Source: an uncultured SAR324 cluster bacterium
Lineage (GTDB): Bacteria > SAR324 > NAC60-12
DNA: 64,000 nucleotides
Assembly (NCBI GenBank): GCA_905182865.1
Contig: CAJJCY010000003.1
Span: forward strand, 586,054 to 650,053
Direction of reading: 5' to 3'
Of this stretch, positions 60,198-64,000 are shown piece after piece. Below the pieces are notes generated by a model. That model was not told the origin of the DNA and made no database searches. It saw only the letters and a program-made list of their open reading frames with translations. Within the stretch, counting starts at the first letter, position 1; each line of letters begins with the position of its first letter. A program made the translations under genes and the position numbers.

Positions 60198-62663
60198 ATG
60201 ATACAACGCCTAAATCTTTTCTTTGAAGTTCTACCGGAAAAGTTGATTCCCTGGCGCTGGTGGGTGTTGCTGTTGTACGTTATTCTTATGTCTTTTCTGG
60301 CGGCAGGGATTCCACGATTCGCCTTCACATGGGCGAATGATGATATGTTCGGCAAAGATGATCCTGTTCAAATTTCTTTGGACAGGATCAAGGACCTCTT
60401 CGGAGGCACGGTGACACTCGGCATGGTTTACAGGCCAGTCGACGGCGATCTTTTTTCAGCTAGAAGTCTGGGGGCTTTGAAGAACATTCATAAGGAATTT
60501 GATGAAAAATCCTCACTTGGTGCAAATGATCCGGAAAATTCTCTGCAGCATCTGTCTAAAGTTGAATCCCTGATCAATACCAGCTTTACTGAAGTAGATG
60601 GAGACAGCATCCGGTTTCGCGACTTCATCGGTGAGGAACTACCTTCAAGTCCGGAACAGAGTGAGTTGCTGTGGGAACAGGCACTCAACGAACCGGAGTA
60701 TCCGCGTGTTATGCTTTCGGACAACATGGAGTATGGAATGCTCGTGTTGAGAACAAACCTCGATGCCGTTCCGCTCCTGGAGGATGAGTTCGATGCACTA
60801 GAAGGTTTTGAGGAAAACGAACTTGAAGGACAGGACGAACAGGAGCAGCAATTTGTCCAGCATGGTCTCAAAGATTATGCAGATTTTGAAAAGCAAGTCT
60901 GGAACCTGCTGAGTGAAGAACGGTTTAACAAGGATCTTGTTTTTATGCATCCCAGTTGGGGTGCATTCTATGAGAACGATGTCTGGGCAGTGGAATATCT
61001 TCGGGCTCTTGTCATTTCGCTCATCATCAGTCTAATGCTGACCTTCCTGCTATTGGGTTCATTACGTGCGGTGATCTGGCCGATCCTGATATTTCTTTCA
61101 AGTATTGTAGGTGTTCTCGGTCTGGCAGGCTGGACGGGTTGGCCCATCGATCTTTCGCTCTACATTGCTTTCGCACTGGTCAGCGTCGCCGCGATTGCCG
61201 ACGTAGTGCACGTAATGTCAGGATACCTATTTTTTCATCATCAGGGACAGCATCACAGAGAAGTGCTGCGCTCTGTCTTCAGTAAAACTGCGCTGGCCTG
61301 TCTACTTACCAGCATAACCACTGCCATCGGTATTTTTTCTCTTTATTTCATCAAATTGCGTGTAATACAGACGATGGGGCTATTAGGCGGTATCGGAGTG
61401 TTGTTTGCTTTTGTGCTGACCGTCTTTTTGCTGCCGGTTCTGTTGAACGGGTTCCCACCGCATCCTCCAAAAAGCAATCATAAGCCCGAAGTCACTTTGC
61501 TTTTGCGGATAGTTAAGCATTTGCTTAATGTGATAGAAAGGATTGTTACGGATTATCCTAAGAGTGTAATTGTCTTTTTTGCTGCTGCAGGACTACTGCT
61601 GATTCTTGGCATAGCCAGAATTGAAATCGACACGGTCTATTCTGAGTATTATCCGCCTGATTCCCCAGTGCGTCGCTCGATAATTCTGATAGACGAGCAG
61701 TTCCTCGGCACTGGAAATATGGAAATCCTGCTCGAAACTGAATCCGAAGGTGTATTTAGAGATCCGGAGGTGCTTCTTGCACTGGAAGAAGTAAAGCAAT
61801 GGATTGAGAAAAGATATCCAGAACTGGTTACTCATAACTGGACGCTGAATAATCAACTAAAACAGACTCACCGCAAACTGAAGGGGAACCACGAAGAATA
61901 TTATACTGTGCCTGACAGTCCTGATCTGGTGTCTCAGTTGCTGGTATTAATTGAAGGAGGAGATTACGAAAACCTTGAACGATTGGTTTCGCTGGATTAT
62001 GCAAATGCGCGGATGAGTATCTCTTTAAAAACGATCGGCTCAAAAAAATCGGTGGAATTGCTCAAGGTTATACAACCTGGAGTTGAAAAAATTCTCTCAC
62101 CACTGAAGGTGCGTTACCCCGAATTCAGGTTTACATTAACTGGTGGAGTTGGAACATGGGCAAGGGTGTTTGACGCGATCAGCTGGTCCCAGATCTACAG
62201 TTTCGGACTGGCATTTATTATTATTTCACTTATTATGTTTGGTATTTTTGGATCACTGAAACTAGGTCTGGTTGCAATTCTGCCGAATACTTTCCCGATG
62301 CTGACTGTGTTTGGGCTGATGGGCTGGCTTGAATTTAATCTTGATATTACCACGCTGATGACAGCACCGATCATCATCGGAATTGCAGTGGACGATACTA
62401 TCCATTTTATCACGCACTATCGATTGTCACTGCTCAAAGGAGCAAGCATTTCCGAGGCGATCCATGCCACTCTCCATGAAGTAGGTCAGGCAATAATTTT
62501 TACAACATTGATCCTGATGTCGGTTTTTCTCTTCTTTATACCGGTGAGTCACGTTGGTGTTTCAAACTTCAGCATTCTCGCTGTGATCGCTGTTTTTTCT
62601 GCTCTTCTCGGAGACCTTTTTTTGCTTCCGGCACTTTGCCGTGTATTGCAGATACGAGTTTAG
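60198..62663 (+). CDS. RND-superfamily exporter (MMPL/COG1033-like, two 6-TM bundles with large periplasmic loops)
   Basis: 821-aa ORF with two hydrophobic blocks (about aa 270-420 and 660-815) in an SSD/MMPL-like pattern (…PIIIGIAVDDTIHF…) and acidic periplasmic loops. Confidence 0.7.
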   Translation: MIQRLNLFFEVLPEKLIPWRWWVLLLYVILMSFLAAGIPRFAFTWANDDMFGKDDPVQISLDRIKDLFGGTVTLGMVYRPVDGDLFSARSLGALKNIHKEFDEKSSLGANDPENSLQHLSKVESLINTSFTEVDGDSIRFRDFIGEELPSSPEQSELLWEQALNEPEYPRVMLSDNMEYGMLVLRTNLDAVPLLEDEFDALEGFEENELEGQDEQEQQFVQHGLKDYADFEKQVWNLLSEERFNKDLVFMHPSWGAFYENDVWAVEYLRALVISLIISLMLTFLLLGSLRAVIWPILIFLSSIVGVLGLAGWTGWPIDLSLYIAFALVSVAAIADVVHVMSGYLFFHHQGQHHREVLRSVFSKTALACLLTSITTAIGIFSLYFIKLRVIQTMGLLGGIGVLFAFVLTVFLLPVLLNGFPPHPPKSNHKPEVTLLLRIVKHLLNVIERIVTDYPKSVIVFFAAAGLLLILGIARIEIDTVYSEYYPPDSPVRRSIILIDEQFLGTGNMEILLETESEGVFRDPEVLLALEEVKQWIEKRYPELVTHNWTLNNQLKQTHRKLKGNHEEYYTVPDSPDLVSQLLVLIEGGDYENLERLVSLDYANARMSISLKTIGSKKSVELLKVIQPGVEKILSPLKVRYPEFRFTLTGGVGTWARVFDAISWSQIYSFGLAFIIISLIMFGIFGSLKLGLVAILPNTFPMLTVFGLMGWLEFNLDITTLMTAPIIIGIAVDDTIHFITHYRLSLLKGASISEAIHATLHEVGQAIIFTTLILMSVFLFFIPVSHVGVSNFSILAVIAVFSALLGDLFLLPALCRVLQIRV

Positions 62664-62682
62664 TAAAGGAAATAATCAGTAT

Positions 62683-63522
62683 TCACGCCGATTTGTTTTG
62701 AACTATCCAGTCTATTACTTGATTCACTTTCCAGCATTGATCAGCGGAATTAATTTCCGGTCTGGCTACCATCAGCACCGGAATTTTAAATTTACGGGCC
62801 GCCTCAATCTTTGCGTAGGTAGAATCACCGCCACTGTTTTTTGTGATAAGTAAATTTATCCCATGCTGCTGGAACAAGCTAAGTTCATTTCCCACTGAGA
62901 AAGGTCCTCGAGCCTGTAAAAAAACTACATTCTTCCAGGAGTTAGGGCTGTTTCCAGACTCAACACTTTCCGGAAGCTCCACAGTACGCACCACAAAATG
63001 ATATTTCCAGCATTGCTGAAAAAGCTCTATGTCTCGATTCCCCGTTGTTAGAAAAATGTTTTGCTTTGATAGTCCGGAGCTCGTTTTTAGGAACTCGGAA
63101 TTCAGATAATCAACCGCGGCTGCCAAATTCGGAACTTCAATCCATTGATCTCCGATATGTTTTACCCATGGCGGACGAGTCAAACGAAAATACGGCAAAC
63201 CAAGTTCCGTTGAGACTGCATGTGCGTTTTCGCTGATTTGTGTCGCATAGGGATGGGTGGCGTTTACCAGGAGTGAAATTTTTTCCTGCAGCAGATATTT
63301 CTGCAATCCCAATTTACTGTTTCGATCGGACTTGTCGCCACTACTGTAAGTGTTCGCAAATCCGCCGATCCGGACTTCACCTGCCGGGAGTTTCGGGTTC
63401 GCCGTGGCTCCCGCCAGTGAGCTGGTGACTGTCAACTGTTCCGGAGAATACTGCTCTACCAGACATTCCGCAAGTTCGTAGGCTTCGCTGGTTCCACCCA
63501 GGATTAAAAGTTTTTCAGGCAT
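62683..63522 (-). CDS. cbiJ: Cobalt-precorrin-6A reductase
   Basis: 279-aa ORF with LLILGGTSEAYELA, LVNATHPYA, LLITKNSGG and KIEAARKFKIPVLMV. Confidence 0.85.
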   Translation of the reverse strand: MPEKLLILGGTSEAYELAECLVEQYSPEQLTVTSSLAGATANPKLPAGEVRIGGFANTYSSGDKSDRNSKLGLQKYLLQEKISLLVNATHPYATQISENAHAVSTELGLPYFRLTRPPWVKHIGDQWIEVPNLAAAVDYLNSEFLKTSSGLSKQNIFLTTGNRDIELFQQCWKYHFVVRTVELPESVESGNSPNSWKNVVFLQARGPFSVGNELSLFQQHGINLLITKNSGGDSTYAKIEAARKFKIPVLMVARPEINSADQCWKVNQVIDWIVQNKSA

Positions 63523-63607
63523 ATAATAGAATTATTCTTGCCACTGATTAAAGCAGAAGATCAAGGATGAAAATTGACTGGGGAGATCAGTATCATCGAT
63601 GGCCTTT

Positions 63608-64000
63608 TTAGTATTTGGTTTCAGCTTCTCCAACGAGTTCACCTTGACGATCCACACCGGACGTTCCGGAAATTACCATGATATTTAATTCAGTTTCTGT
63701 ATTACGCAACGCTTTTCGCACAACAAGTCCGGCTTGTTGTGCGATAACGTCCGCCAACGGGAGTCCGGCTTGTTGCGCCAGTTTAAGTACTTCGTTGGCA
63801 GTATTGGCCGATTTGACCTGTTCATATAATTTATGACTTGCGCCGAGTTTTTTTAGTTGCTCTGCCAACTGTTTAAAATCGACCTGGCTGCGTCCAGAAT
63901 GTAAATCGAGATGCCCCTGTGCCAACTTGGTGAGTTTCCCGAATCCTCCACCGATCGTTATTTTAGGCAAAGGGTTTTTTCGAAAATATTTAAGCAGCCC
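63608..64000 (-). CDS. cbiD: Cobalt-precorrin-5B C1-methyltransferase, C-terminal part (5' end off-window)
   Basis: The frame is open to position 64000 (…GLLKYFRKNPLPKITIGGGFGKLTKLAQGHLDLHSGRSQVD…), giving a CbiD-like C-terminus. Confidence 0.8.
   Translation of the reverse strand, partial: GLLKYFRKNPLPKITIGGGFGKLTKLAQGHLDLHSGRSQVDFKQLAEQLKKLGASHKLYEQVKSANTANEVLKLAQQAGLPLADVIAQQAGLVVRKALRNTETELNIMVISGTSGVDRQGELVGEAETKY

Noticed and set aside
60488-60871. 127-aa Ser/Cys-rich minus-strand ORF inside the RND gene.
   Set aside because: It is antisense to a convincing transporter coding sequence in a locally GC-richer stretch, and its product is low-complexity.
1-64000. Search for mobile elements, CRISPR arrays, tRNA/rRNA genes and known defence systems (restriction-modification, toxin-antitoxin, retron, CBASS and similar).
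   Set aside because: No transposase, integrase or recombinase ORF was seen. No direct-repeat/spacer array, terminal inverted repeats or tRNA-like sequence was seen. No gene pair resembles a known defence module. The only nuclease-like gene is the decayed GxxExxY relic.

Overview
This is a 64-kb chromosomal window from a Gram-negative, flagellated bacterium that uses sigma-54. I cannot name the taxon. Base composition is mosaic: hand-counted 60-nt samples range from 14/60 to 38/60 GC.

Content, left to right:
1. 1-8110, minus strand: a tightly packed nine-gene ureide/oxalurate operon. It contains DUF1028, allE, an ATCase-like carbamoyltransferase, an asparaginase-like gene, carbamate kinase, a class V aminotransferase, a 73-aa ORF, DUF1116/ylbE-like, and fdrA-like (which runs off the window).
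2. 8111-13986: an AT-rich Dpp/Opp-type ABC importer operon that reads as decaying. The binding-protein gene has at least 5 frame changes. The fused ATPase has a frameshift and a GC-rich foreign patch.
3. 13987-17130: a urate-to-allantoin module (puuE, puuD, uraH, uraD).
4. 17189-27720: an OMP, maf, mrdA, mreD, mreC, hom, an OYE-like/RidA fusion, hisE, an NtrC-type enhancer-binding protein, and a charged hypothetical protein.
5. 27744-32034: a palindrome and a sigma-54 promoter in front of two tandem paralogous polytopic transporters, followed by a small OMP.
6. traB, a modF-like gene, an ABC exporter, mltG, a stand-alone rplC, an ABC-2 permease relic, qor, ogt, an MFS gene, an O-antigen-ligase-like gene, gpsA and argH.
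7. A sigma-54-driven flgB-flgC-fliE trio with no fliF, then aspS (frameshifted), ddl and trmL.
8. 53026-64000: an anaerobic-type cobalamin cluster (cbiX, cbiC, cbiET, cbiL, cbiG-cbiH fusion, cbiF, cbiJ, cbiD). It is interrupted by a GxxExxY-protein relic, short tandem repeats and an RND/MMPL exporter.

I found no rRNA, tRNA, CRISPR array, transposase, integrase or recognisable defence system.

The best candidate for new biology is the ureide operon. It mixes known allantoin-pathway enzymes with four enzyme families of unassigned role, and the window contains no canonical allantoate hydrolase.
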